This document shows positions 9,690-18,070 of a DNA stretch of 64,000 nt, in pieces. Made by a program: the position numbers and the translations under genes. Positions within the stretch are counted from its first letter, which is position 1; each line of letters begins with the position of its first letter. Origin of the DNA: a bacterium (lineage in GTDB: Bacteria > Eisenbacteria > RBG-16-71-46 > CAIMUX01); NCBI GenBank assembly GCA_030431975.1, contig JAUIHP010000024.1:5321-69320 (forward strand). The letters run 5' to 3'. The notes under the pieces are model-generated. The model was not told where the DNA came from and made no database searches. It saw nothing but the letters and a program-made list of their open reading frames with translations.

Positions 9690-10753
9690 GGGATCTCCTT
9701 CACCAGCCGGAACTCGGCACGTGTCGTCTCCCCGAGAAGGTCGACATCCCCGTGCAACCGCAGTCCCGGATTGCCCTCGCCCCGGTTGCGGCTTCGAGCC
9801 ACGCGAAAGGCATCGACGGCACTGACCACACGGTTGAGCACCATGACACCAAGGGCAAAGCCGGCCTTGTCTTTGAGATCGTTGCTCTTGGCACGTTGGG
9901 ATCGATAGTCGTCCCGTCGTGGATTCAGCACATCCGGATTGTCCGGATCGAAGTTCGCTTCAAAGTCGTCCCAACCGCAACGGTAGAGATCGCTGGTGGC
10001 CAACTCTTCGTAGTACTGCTCCAAGTCGCCGCTCTCGTAGGCACGAATCAATGAGTCAGCTTCCGCTGTCCAAAGACAGCCGTCGGATCCGGCCGAGTCC
10101 CGGAATCGGTCATAGTCCCAGTGGCGGCGCGCAAAGGCTTCGAACTCGCCTTCCTTCTTGTTTCCCGCGTCGATGTAGGAACTGCGCGCGAACCAGGCAC
10201 CGGCTTCGATGGCGAGGAAGAGGTAACCGCGTTGGTTGCCGTTGTAGAGTTGCCCCGCTCCCGGCAGGACCGCAGACATGAGAAAGGCCACCCCCGGCGC
10301 CCGAACCGGCGCGGGGTCTGTGGATGACAGACGTCCGGACTGTTGCCGAAATGCGTCTTCGATCTCGAAACTCGCCCATCCAACGGCCGGGATCGTTTTC
10401 GGGCTCAAGGGGCGCCACTCCAAGGCTCGTTCGTCGAGCCCACGCAAAAAGGTGAGATCCTGTTCGGCCGCGGACACCTTGGCCGTTTCGCCGCCCTGGG
10501 CTCGGTGAAACGGAGAAGCCCAGGCATTGACGTTCAGTGTCACAAGGGCGAAGGCCGCGAGGAGTGAGCACGACAAAGTCCTGTCAATCAGCCCCACACC
10601 CAGAACGGGACCCAGAACGGGGCTCAAAACCGGCCCCAGAGCCGTACTCGCAACAGAATTCCCCGAAGACCTATTCGGATGAGCTTCCTTCCGGTTCTCT
10701 CGTTCCATCAACGGTCGCCGTGATGTCATGTCGTCCCTCTCCCCGACCCTCAT
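9686..10753 (-). CDS. DUF5683-like exported/membrane protein (paralog 1)
   Basis: AFLMSAVLPGAGQLYNG and LNRVVSAVDA motifs. Start is either ATG 10753 (ATGA overlap with the M6 gene) or ATG 10729. Confidence 0.65.
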   Translation of the reverse strand: MRVGERDDMTSRRPLMERENRKEAHPNRSSGNSVASTALGPVLSPVLGPVLGVGLIDRTLSCSLLAAFALVTLNVNAWASPFHRAQGGETAKVSAAEQDLTFLRGLDERALEWRPLSPKTIPAVGWASFEIEDAFRQQSGRLSSTDPAPVRAPGVAFLMSAVLPGAGQLYNGNQRGYLFLAIEAGAWFARSSYIDAGNKKEGEFEAFARRHWDYDRFRDSAGSDGCLWTAEADSLIRAYESGDLEQYYEELATSDLYRCGWDDFEANFDPDNPDVLNPRRDDYRSQRAKSNDLKDKAGFALGVMVLNRVVSAVDAFRVARSRNRGEGNPGLRLHGDVDLLGETTRAEFRLVKEIP

Positions 10754-13700
10754 CGGACAATGGCGATTCTCTCGAATCGTTCGAACCCCAGTTCGGGAAC
10801 GCGAATGCGCACGTGATAGAGACCCGAGGCCAGATCGGACAGGTCCCATTCCAACTGGTTGCCGGCGGCGCCGGGACGACCGCGCAGACGCGTGGAAGCT
10901 ACGGACCGACCGTCCAGATCAAAGGCCTCGAACTCCAGGTCCCGAGACGTATCCACGACGAAGCGCACCGTCAGCGCGTCACCACGAAGCGGATTCGGGT
11001 AGAGCCTCAGGTCAGCCAGGTCTTCCGTCGCGACCTGAGCTTTCGGCAACTGCGACGTCGGATAGACAGAGGAACGCTCGATGTCGAAGCCCGGTCGCGC
11101 AAAGAGCCCGGGATTCCGGTCCAGGGCCAGGCGGGCGCGAATGGCGCTCAAAGATTCCACGGTCAGGCCGGTATCCGAGTCCGTGAAGTCGAGGTTGCCC
11201 ACAGCCAGGCGAGGGGACGCGTCCACGGTCGAAGGCAGGAAGTGCGGTCCGTGAAAGCCCAGCCCACCGAACGAAAGAGGGAATCCCTCGGCGTTCTCGC
11301 CTTCCTCGTTCAAAGCCAGAAGGAAGCCGTCCCCGCGGTGGACGAAAAGGTGAGGAACACCGTCACCGTCATGGTCGAGGATTCTTGGACCCGCCCGTTG
11401 TTCCAGGAGCTGTGTATCGTCCTCGCTCCAAACCGAACGCGGCCACCCGATGTCGGACGTGCCCTGCGCACTCACTGAGTGCAGGGTCCCCGCCACATCG
11501 AGGATGAAGAACTCGAGTTCACCATCCCCGTCCAGCTCGCCGACGATTGGGAATCCGACCGGATCTTCGTCCATCAGGTAGGGCCACCCTTCCGAGGACT
11601 CGCCGGACACGTCGGTGTGGTCGATGGCCCCGTCTTGCCAAACGAAGTAGAAGCTGAGTTCGTTTTGCTCGTCCGGGACGGCCAGAAGAGAGTGAGCCGC
11701 GACGCCCGGGCGCAAGGTCGAAGTCCAGGAACGGCTGGAAGGATTGTTCAGATCGAAGGCTCCGGCCCGCCCTTCGTCGGAAGCCCAGAATACGGTCCAC
11801 GGCTCTCCCGGCGCGGGGCGGCCGCACCCCAATGCCACGATACCGTCGGATCCTCCGGTTTCGAAAACCGCTTCGACCGGTTCGTCACCCCGAGTCCCCA
11901 GAGCACGGATTCGCCCATCCGAACATCCGACCAGAATCAGGCTGTCCGCAATGACCGGCGTCGACAGGACCTGGGTCACGGGATCGCCGATTGGCCAGAC
12001 GACCTCGGTCAGCCCGAGACGGTTGAAGACGTTGACGCGGAAGTCGGTCGTGGCGGCAACGATCGGCGCCCGCCCTTCTTTGCCGAGGAAGTTCTCACTC
12101 GCCGCCAACCCGGCTTCCATCGTGTCCGGCAGAAACGCAAAGGTCGTGACCTCTTCGCCGATCGATCGCATCTGCGCCAGGATGGGACCGATGCTGGTAT
12201 CGACGGCCGGGAAGATGAACGCCGGGCCCGTTTCCTCGTCGTCCAGCGTGACGACCGCGCACTGGTTGTCGAAGGCGTTGGCCGCAACGCGCACGGGCCA
12301 GCCACCGGGCGAGAGGAACGAGTTGACGTTGACCCGCATGCTCATTCCGATGGAGTCGAGCACGACCATGTTGATCCCGGTCCTCGTACCGTCATTGGTC
12401 TCGGAGGACGGAATCGTGTCCTCGCCCAGCAGGTCGTATCCACCTTTGAAAAAGGGATCGTACGGCCCGCCGAGAAACTCCGATGACGATGTACCGATGT
12501 CACGAATGCCGTCCGCTTCGACCACGGCCACACCGGGACGGCTGAAGAAGATGTTGAGACCGCCACCGGCCTGGGAAAGGCCCGTGTTGATCGCCAGGAA
12601 GTCGACGTGCCACGCAATCAGGCCTTCGCCGGGGATGAGCCAGTCATACTCGAGATAGGCCAGACTGTCGGCCAACGCCGTGGAATCCGGTTCCGGTCCG
12701 AGAATGACACCCGTCTCAGGGTCCTGCCGAACAATGACCGTGCTGTCTCCGTTCAGATCGAGAAAGCGGTTCTCGAGCAGGAGGTACTCGGAGATGTTGA
12801 GCGGCACCTGAACGATGTCGTTGTCGAGTTGAACCGTCTCGAGCGTTGCCGAGACCTGGGTTCCTTCTCCGCCCAAACGCTCGCCGACATCGACGAGGTC
12901 GCACGCCTCCGGAAACCAAATGGTCTTGTGGAACGGATCGATACTGGACGGCAGCGTCCCGCGGATAGCGCGGTTGATTCCCGGATTGTCTTCGTCCTCG
13001 ACCAACGCGAAGAGGTTGTCTCCAGAGTCCATGAGGCTGTACGCACCAACCACCGGCAAGCCGACCCGAACGTCGTAAAGATCGAAGAAGCCCAGCTGGT
13101 GACCGAACTCATGCGTGACGACTCCGTTCAGCGCGCCCTCGAACCGGTCCTGGCTGACCGTCTCCGGGACGACCATGACGAACCCAATCTCGACCGAGTC
13201 CTGAACGACGAAGGGTTCGACGACCCCAAGGTTGAAGCTCGGAATGTCCCAGGGGGAATCGCGGTTGATGTCGCCCTGAAAGTCCGGACCGGCGTGGAAG
13301 ATGACAAAGCTTTCGTATAGAGAGAAGTCGATGACGTCGCCGTCTTCCTCATCCGCTTCGACCAGGCTGTCACCGACCAGATCGATGGCATGCTGCAGCA
13401 CGTCGGGGTTGCTGTTGCTGAAGATCCAGGGTCCGTACTTGAACGTGTCGTCCAGCACATAGGCAGCATCGTTCTCTTCGGGATAGATGTCGTACTCGAG
13501 GACGAGCGCACCCTGCAGCTGGGACTCGTAGTAGCGCTTGAGCGCATCCATGTGGCGCGAAAAGAACTTCTTGTCGTGAGGCGGCGGATCGAACTGAATG
13601 TCGGTGGAGTCCCGCAGATCGAAGCGGCCGTTGCCTGAGCTGCGCCCGCCCGGGGTGTCCTCCTCGAACTCGACGCGAAGGACCAGAATGCGGACCGTGT

Positions 13701-14223
13701 CCGCAGGTGCTCCGACTCCGCGCGCGGCCGCACCTTGGATTTCCGCTCCGAGTTGACGTGTGTCGCCCATCGACAGGAATCGCTCGAGCTGCCGGTGGCG
13801 CTTCGCGGAGAGCGCATTCGGCGGCAGAGTCCCATTCGGATCGAAGTTCATCTTGGCCGGAAGACGTCGTGCCCCCGGAGCCGCGCGAACGTGCTCGGGC
13901 TTGCGGGGGCCATCATCGATGAGGAGACACGGAAACGACTGCGGACTGAATTCGGAAGGAAGACGCCCCGAGACTTGAGGCGTCGCAGAACCGGAGAGCG
14001 TCAGCCCATCGTCACCAGGACGCTGTTCCGAATCGCTTCTCGGATCGACCCGATCGGACTCGATCTGACCGGCTTCATCCGCCGCCGCCGTCCGTGACGT
14101 TTCCGGAGGAAGCTTCTTCAGTTTCAGGCTGTGGGATTCGGCCGGGTGGTGACCATCGACCACCAAAGAAGAAAGCAGAAGGAATCCGGCCAAGATCCCC
14201 CCTGCCCCAGAAATCGGTCGCAA
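10750..14223 (-). CDS. M6 (immune inhibitor A-like) zinc metalloprotease with FG-GAP-like repeats and T9SS-type C-terminal domain
   Basis: Signal peptide; ILVLRVEF; IFHAG; THEFGHQLGFFDLYD (HExxH); YSLMDSG; EYLLLENR; ELDGDGELE; CTD LYPNP...WDLSDLASGLYHVRI. Confidence 0.85.
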   Translation of the reverse strand: MRPISGAGGILAGFLLLSSLVVDGHHPAESHSLKLKKLPPETSRTAAADEAGQIESDRVDPRSDSEQRPGDDGLTLSGSATPQVSGRLPSEFSPQSFPCLLIDDGPRKPEHVRAAPGARRLPAKMNFDPNGTLPPNALSAKRHRQLERFLSMGDTRQLGAEIQGAAARGVGAPADTVRILVLRVEFEEDTPGGRSSGNGRFDLRDSTDIQFDPPPHDKKFFSRHMDALKRYYESQLQGALVLEYDIYPEENDAAYVLDDTFKYGPWIFSNSNPDVLQHAIDLVGDSLVEADEEDGDVIDFSLYESFVIFHAGPDFQGDINRDSPWDIPSFNLGVVEPFVVQDSVEIGFVMVVPETVSQDRFEGALNGVVTHEFGHQLGFFDLYDVRVGLPVVGAYSLMDSGDNLFALVEDEDNPGINRAIRGTLPSSIDPFHKTIWFPEACDLVDVGERLGGEGTQVSATLETVQLDNDIVQVPLNISEYLLLENRFLDLNGDSTVIVRQDPETGVILGPEPDSTALADSLAYLEYDWLIPGEGLIAWHVDFLAINTGLSQAGGGLNIFFSRPGVAVVEADGIRDIGTSSSEFLGGPYDPFFKGGYDLLGEDTIPSSETNDGTRTGINMVVLDSIGMSMRVNVNSFLSPGGWPVRVAANAFDNQCAVVTLDDEETGPAFIFPAVDTSIGPILAQMRSIGEEVTTFAFLPDTMEAGLAASENFLGKEGRAPIVAATTDFRVNVFNRLGLTEVVWPIGDPVTQVLSTPVIADSLILVGCSDGRIRALGTRGDEPVEAVFETGGSDGIVALGCGRPAPGEPWTVFWASDEGRAGAFDLNNPSSRSWTSTLRPGVAAHSLLAVPDEQNELSFYFVWQDGAIDHTDVSGESSEGWPYLMDEDPVGFPIVGELDGDGELEFFILDVAGTLHSVSAQGTSDIGWPRSVWSEDDTQLLEQRAGPRILDHDGDGVPHLFVHRGDGFLLALNEEGENAEGFPLSFGGLGFHGPHFLPSTVDASPRLAVGNLDFTDSDTGLTVESLSAIRARLALDRNPGLFARPGFDIERSSVYPTSQLPKAQVATEDLADLRLYPNPLRGDALTVRFVVDTSRDLEFEAFDLDGRSVASTRLRGRPGAAGNQLEWDLSDLASGLYHVRIRVPELGFERFERIAIVR

Positions 14224-14269
14224 ACTTTGCGGTCCCCTCTCCCCTAGCGGGCCACGGTCCGAAAGAGGT

Positions 14270-15259
14270 CTAGAAGTTGTACGAGATCGAGAACTTGCTC
14301 ACGCGGTCAAGCGATCTCGCCTGCGGAACGCTGGCATAGTCCGCGGTAAACCGACCGATGCCGAAACCGGCGCCGAAGGTCGGGTCGCGAATGTCACCGT
14401 CTTTGTCGTGGATGTAGCCCGCCCGAAGGGCAAACGAATCCTGGTACCGGACCTCGGTTCCGCCGTTGAGAATCGGAGTCTCGTCGCTGTAGACGAGCGA
14501 CTTGTTGAAGTCACCGGCGAGGATGACGTTGAAGTCGCCGGAGGAAACGACGCGGGCGCCGAAGCCGATCTTGAGGTTCCGGCCGATGGGGTCGGCTTCG
14601 TCCTGATCGATGTAGGCGATGTCCGGCCCGAGATTCTGAACGTTGACGGCAAAGTTGATCGGGATGTTGCCCAACATGGGCGTGCCCTTGAAGCGATAGA
14701 GGAGAGCCAAGTCGGCGCCGAAGGTGTCACCGCTTCCCTGCTCGCCATTCTCCGTGGCCCAGCGAGGCGCCAGGTCGACGTAGACATACTTCAGGGTCAT
14801 TCCCGCAGCCAGTCCCGGCGCGAGCTCCGTACCGATGGAGATCTGCGGGGAGATCTCGTAACTCGTGAAGTTTCCGAGGCTGACTCCGTCTCCCGTCACG
14901 GCCTCGCTCTCTCCGTAACCGAGGTAGACGATGGAAGCGCCGATGCCTCCCCAACCGGGCAGGTGCATCGAGTAGCCGAGGAACTCGTAATAGACGTCGT
15001 CGGCCAGGTCCGGAACGAGCTTGGCGTGCATGAGGGAAAAGACGTGGTCACGTCGCCAGGCCAAAGCGGCCGCGTTCCACCAGTTTGCCGTCGCGTCCTC
15101 GGGCAGGGCGACGAAGGCGCGGCCCATTCCGTCCGCGCGGGCGCCGGGCGTGATGTTCAGGGACTGGGCCCCGGAGGTTGTTTGGGCTTGGGCGTCGGAA
15201 GCCCAAAGGGCAGCGGAACCTAGGAGGGCCGCCAGCCCTACCCATCGCAGTTGTCTCAT
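14270..15259 (-). CDS. porV: PorV/PorQ-family outer-membrane T9SS shuttle protein
   Basis: SLNITPGARADGMGRAFVA..DATANWWNAA PorV signature; LRAGY; terminal Phe (SISYNF). Start moved to ATG 15259 (MRQLRW signal peptide). Confidence 0.85.
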   Translation of the reverse strand: MRQLRWVGLAALLGSAALWASDAQAQTTSGAQSLNITPGARADGMGRAFVALPEDATANWWNAAALAWRRDHVFSLMHAKLVPDLADDVYYEFLGYSMHLPGWGGIGASIVYLGYGESEAVTGDGVSLGNFTSYEISPQISIGTELAPGLAAGMTLKYVYVDLAPRWATENGEQGSGDTFGADLALLYRFKGTPMLGNIPINFAVNVQNLGPDIAYIDQDEADPIGRNLKIGFGARVVSSGDFNVILAGDFNKSLVYSDETPILNGGTEVRYQDSFALRAGYIHDKDGDIRDPTFGAGFGIGRFTADYASVPQARSLDRVSKFSISYNF

Positions 15260-15439
15260 ATTCGGGTCGCACTCCTCTTCGAGGTTTAGGCGCGCAGGGT
15301 CATAGAACTCGCCCGGTCGTCCCCTGGCTGAGGGATTGTAACCCCACAAATCCCAAGGGTTCCGAAAACTTCTGATCCGAGTCCGTCAGGCGCCCTGCCC
15401 CGGCCAGCAGGACAAGGGTCCGGCCTTCGGATCGCATGG

Positions 15440-18019
15440 TCAAGGAGATTTCCCCCGGTCCCCTTCCAGGACGTCGGCCGAGTCCCGGTAGGCCCGAACG
15501 GTCGCCCGCATGGCTCCGTCGTCCGGATGGTTCCGGAGCCACGTCTCGAGGACGTCGACGGCGTCGTGCTTCCGGCCCATATCCTTCCAATAGAGCGAGA
15601 ACAAAGCCCGGTGGAGTTCAAAGTCCTCCGGGAAGCGTTGCAGGCCTTCGACATAGACGGCCTCCGCCCCGCCCCAGTCGGCCTGGAGCTCGTGGGCGAG
15701 ACCGAGGTATCCGTACAGACCCGGATCGTAGTTTCCGGCCGTGATCAGATCGGCGAAGACCTCTTCCATCTTCTCGTGATCGCCGATGCTTCGGTACATC
15801 AGTCCCAGCGTGTACTTGACGGCGGTCGCATGCGGAGAGATCTGTTCGGCCCGCTGGGCCATGTCCAGCCCGAGATCGGGGCGTCCACGCTGCAGAAGCT
15901 CGCGGGCGATGGTCAGGTGGGCCGCGGCATAGTTCTGGATGAGGCGCGTGGAGTTCGGGTCCTTGTAGACGGAGTCGTCATGCTGGCCATCCTCGGTCAG
16001 AATCCCGCGGTAGCGAAAGGTCTCGGTGAGAAGTTCCACGCTCCTGTCGATAGCGACCCGCGTGTCGTCTCCCTTCGGCTCGTCAAGGCGGTAGACCACG
16101 CCTTCATGGACGAGCCGGTTGTCGAGTCCCATCAGGTCCGGAACGGTCAGGGCGATGTAGATGGGCCGACGGTCGTACTCACGCTCGATGATGCGGGCCA
16201 CCGCCACGTCCTTGGCCAGAAGTTCGGCGTCCAGGGTGCGGACGTAGGGGCGGAGCCCCGTGTTGTGAAGGTAGGCCTGGAAGTTCTCGCGCGGAATGTG
16301 GCCCCGGTAGTGCCCTGCGGAGTATGCCGAAAACTGTGCGACGATTTCCGTGTACTCGTCGTCCCAGCCGATATCGACTTTGGGTTCGAGATCACGCAGT
16401 TGTCTGAGATACCAGTCGGTGTTGAGCAGGCTCAGATTGATGACACGGATGTCCTTCCGCAGCCCTTCCACTTCCTGCACGTACCAGAGCGGGAACGTAT
16501 CGTTGTCCCCGTTGGTGAAGATGAGCGCGTCGGGTTCCAGCGGCGCGAGCACGTTGTAGGCAAAGTCGGCCGCAACGAAGAACTCCGTTCGGTCATGGCT
16601 GAACCAACCGTCGGAGGCCCGGGCCACGGGAAGCCAGAGAAAGAGGACGGCCAGGACCGCGGTCACGGAGGTCCGGACAGCCCCACCGGCGCGTTTCAGA
16701 ACCGACCAGGCTTCCAACAGAAGATGCGAACAGCCGAGTCCGATCCAGATGGTGTAGAACTGGAACGAAGCGACGAAGAAGTAATCCCGGTCGCGCACCT
16801 CCGCCTCGCGGAAGTTCAGGTAAAAGACGAGGCCGATGCTCATCACGACATAGGTGATGAAGAGCAATGCAAAGTCCTTCCGACGGCGAATGGCCTGTCC
16901 GACCAGTCCGACCCATCCGAGGATGTAGGGAATGCCCCAGGCGAATCGTTTCGGTTCGAAACCTAGGTCGTACTGGTCCCGCGCATAGTCGAAGAAGTGC
17001 CTCGTGAACTGGATGTCGATCGGGGCTTTGCGGAAGGTGAATGGATTCGGCGGTTTGTACTGGTCGCGAATCAGCACTTTCCAAAGGTTGGCCAAGTTGC
17101 TCGGGTCCGCTTCGTTGATGGCCACGTCCGAGTTCGCGCGGATGAGCAGAAAGATGTGCGTCGAGATTCCGAGGACGGAAACGATCAGGCACCAGGTCAG
17201 AAGGCCGCGCATCCCGAACACGGGAAAGTTGACCTTTCCGCCCGAGACTTCCTGGGCAATGGTGATGATGCACAGAATGAGGACGAGCCCGAAGACTCCT
17301 GCGTAGATCGGACCCAGCGTCGGCAGCATCCCCGGATGGAGAACCACGACCGTCCCGGCGACGAGCAGCGCCCCCACGACCGACTCTCCGAAGAGGCGTC
17401 GGTCGATGAGAAGTGCGTAGAGAATGATCCCCGGTAGGACAAGGAACGTTCCGAGATGGATCCCCATCGACAGACAGATGATGTAGTAGAGCAGCAGGAA
17501 GAGACCCATGCGCCGACTGCGATCGCCCGGCCGCGCCCATCGTTGCACGAAGTAGAAGCACAGGATCATGATGAGGTTGGAAAGCGCGTAGACCTCCGCC
17601 TCGATCGCGTTGTCCCAGAAGGTGCGTCCGAAGGCGGTGAAGCCGGCCGCCACCACTCCCCCGACCATGCCGATCCAGATCGGGGCCTTGCTTTCACTGG
17701 AACGAACCCAGTTGCGAAAGAACTCGAGGACGACGAGGAAGGTGAAGGCCGCGGCCAGGGCCGAGGCCACCCCCGAGAGGAAGTTGACTCGCGTCGCCAC
17801 CTTTTCGAACGTCGGAATGAGAGAGAAGACTTTCCCGATGATGACGTAGAGCGGGGTTCCCGGTGAGTGCGGGATCCCGAGGATGTGGGAAGTCGCGATG
17901 AACTCCCCACTGTCCCAGAAGGGAACGTCGATGGTGACCGTGAACGCGTAGACGGTGGCCGTTGCCAGGAAGACGAGGACCGCTCCCCAAAACCCTACGC
18001 TCGTCCGCCAACCCGCCAT
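15440..18019 (-). CDS. DUF2723 / TMEM260-like GT-C glycosyltransferase with C-terminal TPRs
   Basis: FWDSGEFIATSHILGIPHSPGTPLY, AIEAEVYA, RDRDYFF and FTNGDNDTFPLWYVQEVEG motifs; many TM helices; TPR-like tail. Confidence 0.88.
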   Translation of the reverse strand: MAGWRTSVGFWGAVLVFLATATVYAFTVTIDVPFWDSGEFIATSHILGIPHSPGTPLYVIIGKVFSLIPTFEKVATRVNFLSGVASALAAAFTFLVVLEFFRNWVRSSESKAPIWIGMVGGVVAAGFTAFGRTFWDNAIEAEVYALSNLIMILCFYFVQRWARPGDRSRRMGLFLLLYYIICLSMGIHLGTFLVLPGIILYALLIDRRLFGESVVGALLVAGTVVVLHPGMLPTLGPIYAGVFGLVLILCIITIAQEVSGGKVNFPVFGMRGLLTWCLIVSVLGISTHIFLLIRANSDVAINEADPSNLANLWKVLIRDQYKPPNPFTFRKAPIDIQFTRHFFDYARDQYDLGFEPKRFAWGIPYILGWVGLVGQAIRRRKDFALLFITYVVMSIGLVFYLNFREAEVRDRDYFFVASFQFYTIWIGLGCSHLLLEAWSVLKRAGGAVRTSVTAVLAVLFLWLPVARASDGWFSHDRTEFFVAADFAYNVLAPLEPDALIFTNGDNDTFPLWYVQEVEGLRKDIRVINLSLLNTDWYLRQLRDLEPKVDIGWDDEYTEIVAQFSAYSAGHYRGHIPRENFQAYLHNTGLRPYVRTLDAELLAKDVAVARIIEREYDRRPIYIALTVPDLMGLDNRLVHEGVVYRLDEPKGDDTRVAIDRSVELLTETFRYRGILTEDGQHDDSVYKDPNSTRLIQNYAAAHLTIARELLQRGRPDLGLDMAQRAEQISPHATAVKYTLGLMYRSIGDHEKMEEVFADLITAGNYDPGLYGYLGLAHELQADWGGAEAVYVEGLQRFPEDFELHRALFSLYWKDMGRKHDAVDVLETWLRNHPDDGAMRATVRAYRDSADVLEGDRGKSP

Positions 18020-18070
18020 TCAGTCCCCTTCTTTGTCCTGCGCCGTCCTGCGCCGCGTCCCGGGCCTTGG

